64,000 bases of DNA from Leucoraja erinacea. Taxonomy: Eukaryota. The DNA lies in the NCBI RefSeq assembly GCF_028641065.1, contig NC_073408.1:12152001-12216000 (forward strand). Reading direction: 5' to 3'. A program made the translations under genes and the position numbers. Below the pieces are notes generated by a model. That model saw only the letters and a list, made by a program, of their open reading frames with translations. It had not been told where the DNA came from and made no database searches. Positions 50,996 to 63,192 of the stretch are shown here, in pieces; position 1 is the stretch's first letter; each line of letters starts with the position of its first letter.

Positions 50996-51689
50996 GTTGT
51001 TCCATCAGAATTAACCAGTATATTCTGTCTGAGGTTAATATGTGCATTACGGTGTAAAATCATGGTGGGGGTTATGATTTTGCTATAATTTACATGCGTT
51101 TGATGTGCACTCTCAGACCAGTTGTGGCGTACACTGTAAGCATTAAAAGGTCATTGCAAATACATGCAGAGAAAGCCACTCACAAGCAAACCGGATGTAA
51201 CATAACTCCTCTGAATAAAGCTGTCAGTGGAAAACTATTTAATGTAACATTATATTACAGTGTAATGTCAGGATATGTGGGGGAGCAATGACTTAATGTC
51301 CTATCTCCCAGTGGCATTGACTCTGGTAATTAGGGCAGTCAATTAATGTAGGAGCTAATGAGATTGGGCTAGAATTAACTTGTGCATCATATGTGTATGT
51401 ATAGATGTGTACATCTAATGATCACTTTCATACTGTAAACTCATCCCAGGCAGTGTTTATGTTGTGATATAATGGATTATTTTTAATCTCTATTATTTGT
51501 TGTTACAATACACAAGGATCAACACTCCACAATTATGGTGATTGACTCTGAATTGATTATATCCATTCTGCCATTGACTCATTTTTTTCAAGTCCATTTT
51601 CCTGTCCCAGTAACCCAGAACACATAGTTATTTATTAGTGCTGATGGATATTTATATAGTAACGTTGAGCTGAAGCATGGTCATTGATA

Positions 51690-52278
51690 TGAGGAAGACT
51701 CATTTTGGGACCTAGTGTTACAGTGTACAAGACCTTGGTGAGGCCATACTTGGAGGACTGTGTTCAGTTTTGATCACCCTGTTATAGGAAGGATCTCATT
51801 AAGCTGGAAAAAGTGCAGAGAAGATTTGCAAGGATGTTGCCAGGATTTAAGGGGCTAAATGACAGGGAGAAGTTTTAAAGGCAAGAGCTTTATTCCTTGG
51901 AGAGCAGGAGGCTGAGGGGTGATCTTGTAGAAATGTATAAAATCATGAGCAGAACAGATAGGGTGTATGCACAGAGACTTTTACCCAAGGTAGGGGAATC
52001 ATAAACAAGAGGGCAAGTGTTTGATGTGTGAGGGACAAGATTTAGTATGAACCTGTGGGGCAACTATTTCACTCAGGTGGGTATATGGAATGCCAGAGGA
52101 GATAGTTGAGACGGGTTATATGACATTTAAAATACATTTGGACAGATACATGGATAGGAAATGTTTAGACGGATGTGGCCCACATGCGGGCAAATGGGAG
52201 CAGCTGAGATGGATCAACTTGGTCGGCATGGATGAGTTGAGCTGAAGAGCTTGTTTCTGTGCCGTAAGACTGTGACTG
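51690..52278 (+). mobile_element. CR1/HER1 LINE fragment
   Basis: YKTLVRPYLEDCVQF*SPCYRKD...LEKVQRRFARMLPG plus 3' UTR. Confidence 0.85.
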
Positions 52279-53021
52279 CAGCATGAATCAATTGAGATAT
52301 ATTTTCGTGATTAGTAAGATTATATTTATGGAACATGATGGGCATTAATACATATTCCTCATCCTCTGCCCATTGGTAAGAGCCAGTTGAACCTGCATCT
52401 GCAGTTTTAATTCTGATAGGATTGGAACAAGCACGAAACTGGGAATCCACCAATCTCTTGGGCCTCATTACATGTTCTGATACTTCTCTCTGTCTGTTCC
52501 TGTAGAAATTAAGTCACTGATCGCTGGAGGGAATGGAAATATAGAACTCAGGAAGCCATGCTTAGACCATTAGGTTTGTTCCACAGCTTGGAAGAAGGGA
52601 CAGGTTGTGTTTGAACCAAAGAACAAAGTTGGCTAGTGGAAGGGGAACTTTCTTGTGAAGATTACTTCTATTCCTTTAGCTTCACAATGAACCTATAAGA
52701 CTATAAATAAAACGTGATTTATGTACATATCCTGTGGCCAATAAACTTGAGTTGTGGGTTTGAGATTGTGTCCCATGATTAAAGTGTTGTGAGAATTCCT
52801 ACAGGCAACAGTTCTTAGTGAGACAACCACAAAGTGATCCCAATTTCAGATTTGCCCAGACAAAGGATGTACCCCTTGCTTTATTCTGCAGTAATAATTT
52901 CATCCCCACCTCCCGTGAAATTACTATTTGTCCATTGGACAACTACATGGTTCTACATGACAACTACAACCAATTCATTTATTATCTTTCCTGATTTGTA
53001 ACCAACATACCTAAATGACAT

Positions 53022-53203
53022 GGTACTCAAAAATGCTGGAGAAACTCAGCGGGTGCAGCAGCATCTATGGAACGAAGGAAATAGGCAACGTTTCGGCCCA
53101 AAATTTCCTATTTCCTTTGCTCCATAGATGCTGCTGCACCCGCTGAGTTTCTCCAGCATTTTTGTGTACCTTTGATTTTCCAGCATCTGCAGTTCCTTCT
53201 TAA
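53022..53203 (+). mobile_element. Palindromic Penelope-terminus derivative
   Basis: Hairpin arms centred on tttcggccc. TSD ataccta(a/g)atgacat at 53007-53021 and 53204-53218. Confidence 0.85.
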
Positions 53204-54419
53204 ATACCTAGATGACATCATTGTCTCTGATACACGGCAAGTTGGAAACAAAAGTGCTCCATTCTGTTCAAAATTGTATCTCCTTCTACTGAAGATTCTT
53301 GTGCCACTCTCAAAGAATTCTTGTCATCATTCACAGTATATTTATTTCTGGCAACCGGCTGTACTGAGCAATTCTGTCAAACTGCCATAGGTTCAGCTGC
53401 AACTGTCTCACACATCAATGCTTCCAAATGCTGGGCTTAATCGTGGCAATATCTCCAGGCAGGGAAATGTGCTGATCTCCACCAGCACTGAGAGATCTGT
53501 CAGACTTCACCTTTAGCAGGGTATGGAGATGGTGAGATTCATGTGTGCTCATTCTTTCCCCAGTGCAATTCATTTGTGGTAGAATATGTCTACCTGCTCA
53601 TTGTAAGCGAACTGCCCATCCTTGCCGAAGGATTATATTTCTCCCTCCAATGTCGATTGATTCTGAAGCACGATTCTCAGGAGCTGGATCCAGTATTGGT
53701 TCCTACCACAGTGACCGATGGCAGATTATAGACCATGAGAACATATACTTAAAGTTAATTATATTTTCTCCTAACATTGGCACACACTAATACTTTCAAT
53801 CAAAACTTCCTCCATACGGATTAGTCAAGCACACTTAACAAAGAGTCTTACCATGAGTAGTCACCCTGTGTTAAGGGCTCTCCATATCCTAAGAGACTTT
53901 AAGACCTTGAAACGGTAATAATGAATATTGTAGAATTTGGCAGCAGAGTAATCTCTTGAAACATTACTTCATTTCACCCTATAAATATCTTTCTTTCTCG
54001 TCTTCGTATTCAGCTTCATAAAAGCATCAATGCAAATCATATTTATGTTATAATTGGTAGTCAGCCCCATATTCTCACCATGGTCATATCTTGGGGCATC
54101 CATTAGTATCTCTTTAAAAAATAACTTTATACCATGTTAACTATATGTATTTTGTCCTTCTCCGTGTATAAGAAGTACGGCCATTTCCAATACAAAAAGT
54201 CATTTCTTAATATTATAATTATATTTGGGAATATAAAATAATATGGTCATTCGGAAGATGGAATAATGTCCCAAGAGAATGACTTCAATTCATGCCTTGA
54301 TCTGAAATGGTGAGTAATCATCTCTGTTCAGAGACAGGGCAGACCCATGTTTAAATTGGGTGGAGAATATTCTCCTGTTTAACTTCCTTTTCTCCGATCT
54401 GAGAAGATGGACCCTTTAA

Positions 54420-54785
54420 CATAGGCATGGATCGAGTGGATGCGGAAAGGATGTTCCTACTGGCGGGAGTGTCTAGGACCAGAGGTCAAAGCCTCAGAAT
54501 TAAAGGGCGCTCTTTTAGAAAGGAGGTGAGGAGGAACTTCTTTAGTCAGAGGGTAGTTAATCTGTGGAACTCATTGCCGCAGAGGGTTGCATAGGCCAAA
54601 TCAGTGGATATTTTTAAGGCAGAGATAGACAAATTCTTGATTAGAAGGGATGTCAAGGGTTATGGGGAGAAGGCAGGAAAATGGGATTATTGGGCAGAGA
54701 TCAGCCATGATTGAATGGCGGAGTAGAATCGATGGGCCGAATGACCTAATTCTACTTCTATAACTTGTGAACTTATGAATGTGAA
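54420..54785 (+). mobile_element. CR1/HER1 LINE 3' end
   Basis: DRVDAERMFLLAGVSRTRGQSLRIKGRSFRKEVRRNFFSQRVVNLWNSLP plus 3' UTR. Confidence 0.9.
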
Positions 54786-56109
54786 CATTACCATCAGAAT
54801 TTCTCTGTCGAAAATAGGGACATTTGCATAATTGTCTATTATTTGCTTGATTGGAGCTCTACTGGATTGCATTATCCATATGCATGCAGAGGAAGGAGTT
54901 TACTGCAGGGTTTGTCCTGATTTCAGGTCTTCTTGAAGTCTTGTTCAATGCAATCTGTGCAGCCTCCACCATTCACAAACTCCAGGCTCCATTCTATCCC
55001 CATCTGGCTCAGTTCATATTATTCAATCATTTGGCCAGCATGTACAGTGAAGCCTCGTGAAATGAATGATTTATTGGCCTTTCATTGGGCAGTGATGATA
55101 GAATGACATCAGTGAACACAGAGTCACATTTAGGCAAACTAATTAAGGTTGGCAGACTTCCTTCTTTAGTGATCTGCGTGGATTTTTACCTCAGTCCTGT
55201 AATTTTTTTGGCTACCTATACTTCGGCCAGCATTTCACTCCAGGTTTAAATTCTGCAGCGACCATGGTGGGATGCAAACATACTACTTATTTGTCAGTTT
55301 CTTCACCTCTCGTCTTTGGAACCATGGCATAACACCACTTTGTCTTTCTATCTCTCCATAAATGGGAGGCATTTCATCCTTGTTTGCCAGCTTCATCGCA
55401 TGCCAAAGTCAATAAAACCAAAGTGTGGAAACAAAGCACACTTCACACGTACAAGCACCCCTGTATTGCTCATTCTTTGCCACCCTCTGAGAACCGCATT
55501 GCTTGTTCAATTTGATCCACTGTTTCCTGCTGGACATGACTATTTTTTTACCCAGTCCCCGATACATTCGCTGCTCAATTTCCTTGTTTCTCCCATAAAG
55601 AGAGTGCTGCAATATTCTTCACACTGAGTTCCATGTGGATTATCTTGCTCAGTGCCAGAGTAAGTTGTAGGTAACTGCAATTTGTTAGGCTACGCTTTGG
55701 TAGAATTCCACAGCCACTTCAGCTCATTTCATGTCTGATTTGCTGAAAAACAAGAATTTCAGAAAAAGATGCTACTGAAACATGAAAAGTGAGAGTTTTT
55801 CTTTGTAGCATGGCTGGAAGTGACTTAGCATTAAGCTTTATGTCTGCTCTTGCAAGCACCAGTGCTGGAAACTTAGAGTGATCTTTTCCACATCAGGGAA
55901 ACTCAATGAAGCTGTTCCACCCCATTCAGCAACCACTGTGCTGAGCCACACTGGGAATTACCAGCAGTTTGGCTGCAAATGCTTGATATTTTTCAAGTTC
56001 ATGACTTGGCACATGCATTTTCCAACGCAAAAGTACTGAACTGCTGACAGATTCCAACCAACAAATTGCAATTCAATCTAGATCAGCCAAACAGAGCAAG
56101 AATATTATT

Positions 56110-56202
56110 TAGACACAAATGCTGAGGTAACTCAACGGGTCAAGCAGCATCTGGCGAAAAATGGATGGGTGACGTTTCGGGGTCAGAACCCTTCATCAGA
56201 CC
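56110..56202 (-). mobile_element. Penelope-terminus fragment with hammerhead-like core
   Basis: Reverse complement of 56171-56199: CTGATGA-A-GGGTtctgACCCC-GAAA-CGTC. Confidence 0.6.
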
Positions 56203-56489
56203 TTCTTTTCCTTCATACAAAAGAGTAGTATTTGTTTGGCAAAATTGTGCCTCAAAATGCAACTGTGCTACATTTCTCTGTTGCCGTAAAACTGATTACC
56301 CTGGCCTCCTTTATCATCCAAAAAACTCCGAGAATGCGTGCTGAAAACCCGCAGCTAGTGAAGAAACAACGTTCCAAATGATGTTTGACACTTGCCCTTC
56401 CCGTGAATGCACTCAGAAAATCCATGCTTTCAAATCTGGGTGCTTAGTAAAATAAAGATATATTTAAAATTGAATAATTTAACATCCTT

Positions 56490-56962
56490 ATTTAGTTTAG
56501 TTTAGTTTATTATTGTCACGTGTACCAAGTGCAAAGCTTTTGTTTGCATGCTATCTAGTTAAATAAAAGACTATACGTAAATACAATCAAGCCGTCCATT
56601 GTGTGCAGATAAAAGATAAAGGGTTTAATGTTTAGTGCAAATTTATAACATTGAAGTTCGATGAATTCTGTTTAAAGCTTGTTCAAATGTTTCTAATGAG
56701 GTAGATGGGAGGTTAGGACTGAACTCTTGATGATGAGAGAACTATTCAATTCGTCAGTAACAGCTGGGAAGAGACTGTTCCTGAATCTGGAGCTATGTGT
56801 TTTCAAACTTCTGTACATCCTACCTGATGGGAGAGGGGAGAAGAGGGAGTTACCAGGGTGAGACTGGTCCTTGAAAATGCTGGTGGTCATTTCTGAGGTG
56901 GCATGAAGTGTAGATGGAAGCAGTGGAAGGGAAGCTGGTCTGGGTTACGTCCACAACTCTCG
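56490..56962 (-). mobile_element. Rex1/Babar-like LINE 3' end
   Basis: IFKDQSHPGNSLFSPLPSGRMYRSLKTHSSRFRNSLFPAV plus (ctaaa)n tail. Confidence 0.85.
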
Positions 56963-57352
56963 GGGTTGAATTGGGATCAGGGAGCTGTGTGGCAGCAGTT
57001 CACTCTGCTGCACCTCTACAGTGCCCACTTGAGAATGAACTTAGTAAGTAGCATGGTTGCAGCCTTGGAGGCTTTCTTGTAGATGTAGAGTCTTCATTTC
57101 TCAGATTCATCACTCAACCTATTATGCCATTGAAGTGGAGCACAGGAGTCATGTTTTCCATGCTATTGGTTTCAGGAGGGCCTCTTGAACAGTGATCCAG
57201 TGGAAGTGGCCAATGAGGTCAGCTCAAGGAGGAATTGGCTCTATAGCTGGAGCCACCGTTGAACATAAGACATATGTGTAAAGCAGAGGAAGGTGGGCAC
57301 TCAAATCATGCTTGTGCAATGAAATATGTCTGTGCATATCCTACACATAATA

Positions 57353-57539
57353 TGTTTAAGAAGGAACTGCAGATGCTGGAAAATCGAAGGTACACAAAAA
57401 AGCTGGAGAAACTCAGCGGGTGCAGCAGCATCTATGGAGCGAAGGAAAAAGGCAACGTTTCGGGCCGAAACGTTGCCTTTTTCCTTCGCTCCATAGACGC
57501 TGCTGCACCCGCTGAGTTTCCCCAGCTTTTTTGTGTACC
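57353..57539 (-). mobile_element. Palindromic Penelope-terminus derivative, young
   Basis: 76-bp inverted arms (57388-57463 and 57465-57540) with 2 mismatches. 14-bp TSD tcctacacataata at 57339-57352 and 57540-57553. Confidence 0.9.
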
Positions 57540-58176
57540 TCCTACACATAATAGTCTGGTGTGCACTTATGCATACTTCAGCAGGAAACATTGGATCAAA
57601 TTTAACAAGCATTGCCGTTCTCACAGGGTGGCAGCATTTTCATGAGTTGCGCATAAAATGTTCACAATTCAATGCTTGAGAGTATGGCCAGCTGATCCAG
57701 TTTGTGGGCATGAGTTTATCTGTTGATTTTTATGTTTGACCCTGGTTGTAACCGTTTCAGATACTGTCATTATCAGAAGCAACTCACAATTGTTCAAAAT
57801 AAAGTTTTCAGTTACTTATATGACTATTTTGCACTGCATCATAGAAAAAGCATTCCTTCCCTACTGTGCACTGAAGAGTTCGCCTGGAGCCATTTGAGTC
57901 TGAACTTAATTATGATGTGTGCTTGCGGATATAAACATCAACACCCACTTCTGTTAATGTGGCATCTACAGCTTTGCAAAAATAAACCTTGGTGCTTCAC
58001 AGGAACATTATCAAACAAATAAATTGGCACCAGACCATATATTAGAGCGCATGATTAAAGTATCAGGAAGAGAAATAGTTCTGGGAAGATTTTCCAGAAT
58101 AAAGAGCCTTGCACTTTTGCCAATTGTGGCACAATTAAGCTTAGAGATATTCTGGAGTCCAGAAATGGAAGGTTTG

Positions 58177-58433
58177 AGTGGCATAGCGATAGAGTTGCTG
58201 CCTTACAGCGTCAGAGACCTGGGTTCAATGCTAACTATGGGTGTTGTCTGTGCGGAGTTTGTACGTTCTCCCTGTGACCTGCATGGGTTTTCTTCGGGAG
58301 CTCCGGTTTTCTCCCACCACTCCAAAAGCCGTACGGCTTGTTGGTTAATTGGCTTGGTAAAAAAATTGTACAGTGACACGGTGGGCGGAAGGGCCTGCTT
58401 CCGCGCTGTATCACTAAACTGAACTAAACTAAA
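58177..58433 (+). mobile_element. HE1-like V-SINE
   Basis: Head, V-domain and (ctaaa)n tail. Confidence 0.8.
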
Positions 58434-59229
58434 CCTGGAGTTTATAGAGATACATCACTGCCCGACCTACTTCAAGAAGAGTGTTTCCATCTTAATACGA
58501 TCAAATTCTCTACAATCGATGTGAAAGACAGAAGCATAAGGAAAGATTATTCTAATCCTCTGTGAAGCTTCTCAGAGTTCATTGCCAACAATGACATCCC
58601 CCTCCCCCCTCCCCTCCCCGCCTGACACTTTAATTACTGAGTAAGAATCTGTGATTTTCTATTATTTGTATAGTGACAGGCCTCAAACAATTAGTTTTTA
58701 AGGAGGGCACTGAACTTACACTTACACCTTATTGATAAACTGAAGACAATTTGAGATGAAAATATTCCAATTATTGTGTACGGAAATTGGATTGAAAAAA
58801 AATAGAATCTTACTTTAATAGAAAAAATCTTTCTTTTTATTCAAACATGGGACCAATGTTTTTTTTATTAACATGCATTTTCAATCGTTGGGGATTACAA
58901 AAATTTAACTCGAAGAACTCCCTTAACAGTCCTGACATAAAAGGTTTTGGAATTCATTTAAAGATAAGTAGAAAAGAGATAAGAATGCAAAGAGAAAGAA
59001 GAATTGCAAACATCATTAAACACCAAAAATCCCCAAGGTAAATCTCCAGCTCTGGCTTATGACTATAAGCTTTAGACAGTGAAAATTAAAATATACACCA
59101 AAGCTTCGGAGGGTGTAGCAGCCATCAGCCATTGCACTCTCAGTATCAGTGGCAGAAACGTATTTAAACTGGAAAAGAAGGGCACGAAGGGTCTTTTCTC
59201 CAACCGAGAGCAGCATGGTGTCAACTTAG

Positions 59230-59523
59230 AGTAACGGTAGACTTGCTGCCTTACAGTCTTGCAGCGCCAGAGACCCGGGTTTGATCCCGACTACGGGTGT
59301 TGTACGTACGGAGTTTGGGCGTTCTCCCCGTGACCACGAGGGTTTTCTCCGAGACCTTCGGTTTCCTCCCACACTCCAAAGACGTACAGGTTTGTAGGTT
59401 AATTGGCTTGGTATAAGTGTAAATTGTCCCTAGTGTGTGTAGGATCGCATTAATGTGCAGGGATCGCTGGTTGGCACGGGCTCGGTGGGCCGAAGGGCCT
59501 GTTTCCGTGCTATATCTCTAAAA
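59230..59523 (+). mobile_element. HE1-like V-SINE, near full length
   Basis: Closely matches the reverse complement of 10190-10490. Confidence 0.88.
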
Positions 59524-60060
59524 TTAGAGAGCAGATTCATAATGTATTTGGGGGACCTACTTCAGCAAACAGCAATCAAACTGGGGACCCACTGCAACAT
59601 CTTTGGACACTGCAACATCCTTCGGTGCAGCCCTGAATAGTGGGAGAGCAGATTCAAGTCAGGAGGTAAATATGACTGTATGAAACTTTCACGATGGCTT
59701 GATCAGCAATGACTAACTTTGAAAGTCCAAATCTAAACTGCAGATATTGTAAATCTGAAATAAAAACAGATGTGTTACCAGCATTTCCTACGTATTGCAT
59801 AGTTGTTCTGAGATTAGTTCTTTTCTTTCCAACTGATTGCAACATCTGCTGTAAACCATCACAATCATTTTAAATATTAGCTTTTTTAAGCGCACATTTC
59901 TGTAAATTATCTTGATATATTTAAGAGTGGCAACATTAATTACTAACTTTTGTTCATGCAACTAAAAATGGATTTACCAAAAAAAGAAATACTCAAAAAA
60001 CCTGGTGAAGGTGCTGGAGGTAGATGGTTTGCTGCAAGCCAGCAATTGAATTGTTCATGG

Positions 60061-60260
60061 ATACTAAAAGCTGGAGTAACTCAACGGGACAGGCAGCATC
60101 TCTGGAGAGAAGGAATGGGTGATGTTTCGGGTCGAGACCATTCTTCAGGGCTGAAACGTCACCCATTCCTTCTCTCCAGAGATGCTGCCTGCCCTGCTGA
60201 GTTAATCCAGATTTTTTGTGTCTACCTCCAGTTTAAACCAGCATCTACAGTTCCTTCCTA
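60061..60260 (+). mobile_element. Palindromic Penelope-terminus derivative (second subfamily)
   Basis: Inverted arms caggcagcatctctggagagaaggaatgggtga / tcacccattccttctctccagagatgctgcctg, with terminus cagcatctacagttccttcc. Confidence 0.75.
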
Positions 60261-60729
60261 GTTGATCATGTTGGGACTTTGAACAGTGTGCAACGCCCTA
60301 TGTATCGTGTGTTTATCAGCATGGTAAAATGAGAGTATTTTCTGTCACACGCTGGTTAATGCAGAGCACGTCAAGTATTAGGTATCCCCAGGGTTGGTGC
60401 TGAAACAGTCTGCTCGAGGTAGATGAAGAGTGGAAAAGGTCAATCGAGGGTGTGGTGGTTGGGGAGAGGGTCATTTGTCAGAGATCATTGGGCGGGGAGA
60501 AATGTTAAGATTGATCGTTACGTTCACTTGCTTGGGTGGGCTTGTTTTAGTAAACAAGGGTTGCAACCAGTGGTGTAGGTTGAAGGAGTAGTTGGTAATC
60601 CCACGACAGAAGGATTATTGGGTAAACCGGTTGCTGGACAGGTGTTGGTCAGCGCATAGGACATGATCCTAAATGGGAATGTAGTAGCAGGCACCCCAGA
60701 TCAGTAAGCCAACCAACTATCTTTCACAG

Positions 60730-60916
60730 TGTTTAAGAAGGAACTGCAGATGCTGGAGAATTGAAGGTACACAAAAAAGCTGGAGAAACTCAGCGGGTGC
60801 AGCAGCATCTATGGAGCGAAGGAAATAGGCAATGTTTCGGGCCGAAACGTTGCCTATTTCCTTCCCTCCATAGATGCTGCTGCACCCGCTGAGTTTCTCA
60901 AGCTTTTTTGTGTACC
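60730..60916 (-). mobile_element. Palindromic Penelope-terminus derivative, young
   Basis: Near identical to 57353-57539. Direct repeat accaactatctttcacag at 60712-60729 and 60914-60931. Confidence 0.9.
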
Positions 60917-60999
60917 AACTATCTTTCACAGCCTGACCACACTGAATCGAATTCCTAGCACTGGTCTGAAACCTTCATTCTGGGTTACACAGACAAAGA

Positions 61000-61308
61000 A
61001 TAGGTTTTTGAAGCAAAGGAGGAGATATGTTTAAGAAGAAGGGAGAAATATTTAATAGGAATCTGAAAAATAACTTTTTTACAATATGAGTAGTAGGAGT
61101 GACCTGATAGTGGAGGTAGTTGAGGCAGGGTCTATTGCAATGTTTAAGAAACAATTAGACAGGTACATGGATAGGACAGGTTCAGAGGGATATGGGCAAA
61201 ATGCAGGCAGGTGGGACTAGTGTAGATGGAAAACATGTTGGTGGTCGGTGTGGGCAAGTTGGGCTGAAGGGCCTATTTCCACCTTGTACGACTCTATGAC
61301 TATGACTT
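61000..61308 (+). mobile_element. CR1/HER1 LINE 3' end
   Basis: FKKQLDRYMDRTGSEGYG plus a 3' UTR ending ctctatgactatgact. Confidence 0.8.
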
Positions 61309-61924
61309 TATAGGCACAGTGAAAGCCAGCTGCTGCAAGGAAGCTCAAGAACAGCTGGCCCATAGAGAAATCATAGTCTTCATGCAACTTGCAATACTTT
61401 TCTATTTTATTGAAATGGAATTGTGCAAAATCCAAAAATGTACAATCTGATTGTAGGTTAGGGTATCTTAATCACAGCACCTGTCAGTCAGCTGTAAGTA
61501 ATCAACACCTGTCAATTTTTAAATACCTTCCCCCCCATCAAAATTTATATTGGTGAGAAATTCATCCTTGGAACATGGATAACTTTGTGGACAAGGGTGC
61601 CTCCCAGTGCAATCGTTTTTAAACAAGTGGAAAACATTGTGAACATTCGAATTGGTTTCATTGAAATATTAGCTTAAAAATTCCACAATCGTTTGGACAG
61701 GGTGCGCTGATTTCTGATTTAGTATCAGGGAAAAACTATCAACACAATGACTTCCTACATCTTTGAAGAATAAATAATGCTACCAGGGATCAGGTAGAAA
61801 AAAATGCCACAGCTGGTAGAGCTGCTACCTCACAGCTCCAGCAACTCGGGTTTAATCTTCAATTCCAGGGCAGTCTGGTGTAATGTCCATTCTCTCCCTG
61901 GTGTTCCTCCAGATGCTCAGTTTC

Positions 61925-62426
61925 AGTTCAGTTTATTGTTTATTGTCACGTGTACCGAGGTACAGTGACAAGCTTTTGTTGCGCGCTATCCAGTCAGCAG
62001 AAAGTCAATACATGATTACAATTAAGCCATTTATAGCATATAGATACATGATAATGGGATAACGTTTTGTGCAAGGTAAAGCCAGCAAAGTCCGATCAAG
62101 GATAGTCCAAGGGTCACCAAAGAGTTAGATAGTAATCCAGCACTGCTCTTTGGTTGTGGTAGTATGATTCAGTTGCCTCATAACAGCTGTGAAGAAACTG
62201 TGCCTGAATCTGGAGGTGTGAGTTTTCATACTTCGATAACTTTTGCCCGATGGGAAAGGGGAGAAGAGGGAGTGGCCAGGGTGCGACTCATCTTTGATTA
62301 TGCTGCTGGCCTTGCCAAGGCAGCGTGAGGTATAAATGTCCATAGAAGGGAGGTTGGTTTGTGTGATGGTCTGGGCTGCGTCCACAATACGCTGTAATTT
62401 CTTGCGGTCTTGGATGGAGCTGTTCC
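61925..62426 (-). mobile_element. Rex1/Babar-like LINE 3' end nested in an HE1-like SINE (~61805-62540)
   Basis: GNSSIQDRKKLQRIVDAAQTITQTNLPS...DESHPGHSLFSPFPSGK. Candidate 7-bp TSD cagtttc at 61918-61924 and 62427-62433. Confidence 0.85.
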
Positions 62427-62867
62427 CAGTTTCCTCTTCAAAACATGAGTGTAGATAGGTTAATTGGCCACTAGATAGCCCAGAGTGCACGAGTAAACAG
62501 TGGAATATAGGGAATTGAGAATGTGGGGAGAATAGAGTGCGTGGACAGTTGGATCATTCTGTGATCTCTTTCTGTGTTGTAAGAGGTTAGAAAAGTGTGG
62601 AAATCACGGTACATTGGATTGGGTGTAAATATCAGAATTATTACAATAACAATTCTTAGTCAAGAATATTAATACAATCCTTTAGCTATTATTTAAGTCT
62701 GAATTAGAGATCTATAAAGATGTTCAATTATTTTTCCGTCTCATATGCCACCTTGCAATCCTTTACTCATTGTGATAGCAGGAACCAAATTGAGTTTTGT
62801 TATATGAGTTTTTTGTATATTCATCAGAGTCTGTGTAAACAGCCAGACTGCTTCATAAATTATTACT

Positions 62868-63192
62868 TATGTTCCCGATGTTGGGAGAGTCCCGAACCAG
62901 GGATCACAGTTTAAGAATAAGGGGTAGGCCATTTAGGACTGAGATGAGGAAAAACGTTTTCACCCAGAGAGTTGTGAATCGTGGAATTTTCTGCCACAGA
63001 AGGCAGTGGAGGTCAATTCACTGGATGATTTCAAGAGGGTTAGATTTAGATCTTAGGGCTGAAGGAATCAATGGATACGGGGATAAAGCAGGAACGGGGT
63101 ACTGATTTTAGATGATCATCCATGATCATAGTGAAAGGTGGTGCTGGCTCTAAGGGCTGAATGGCCTACTCCTGCACCTATTTTTCCTTGTC
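62868..63192 (+). mobile_element. CR1/HER1 LINE 3' end
   Basis: MFPMLGESRTRDHSLRIRGRPFRTEMRKNVFTQRVVN. Confidence 0.9.
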
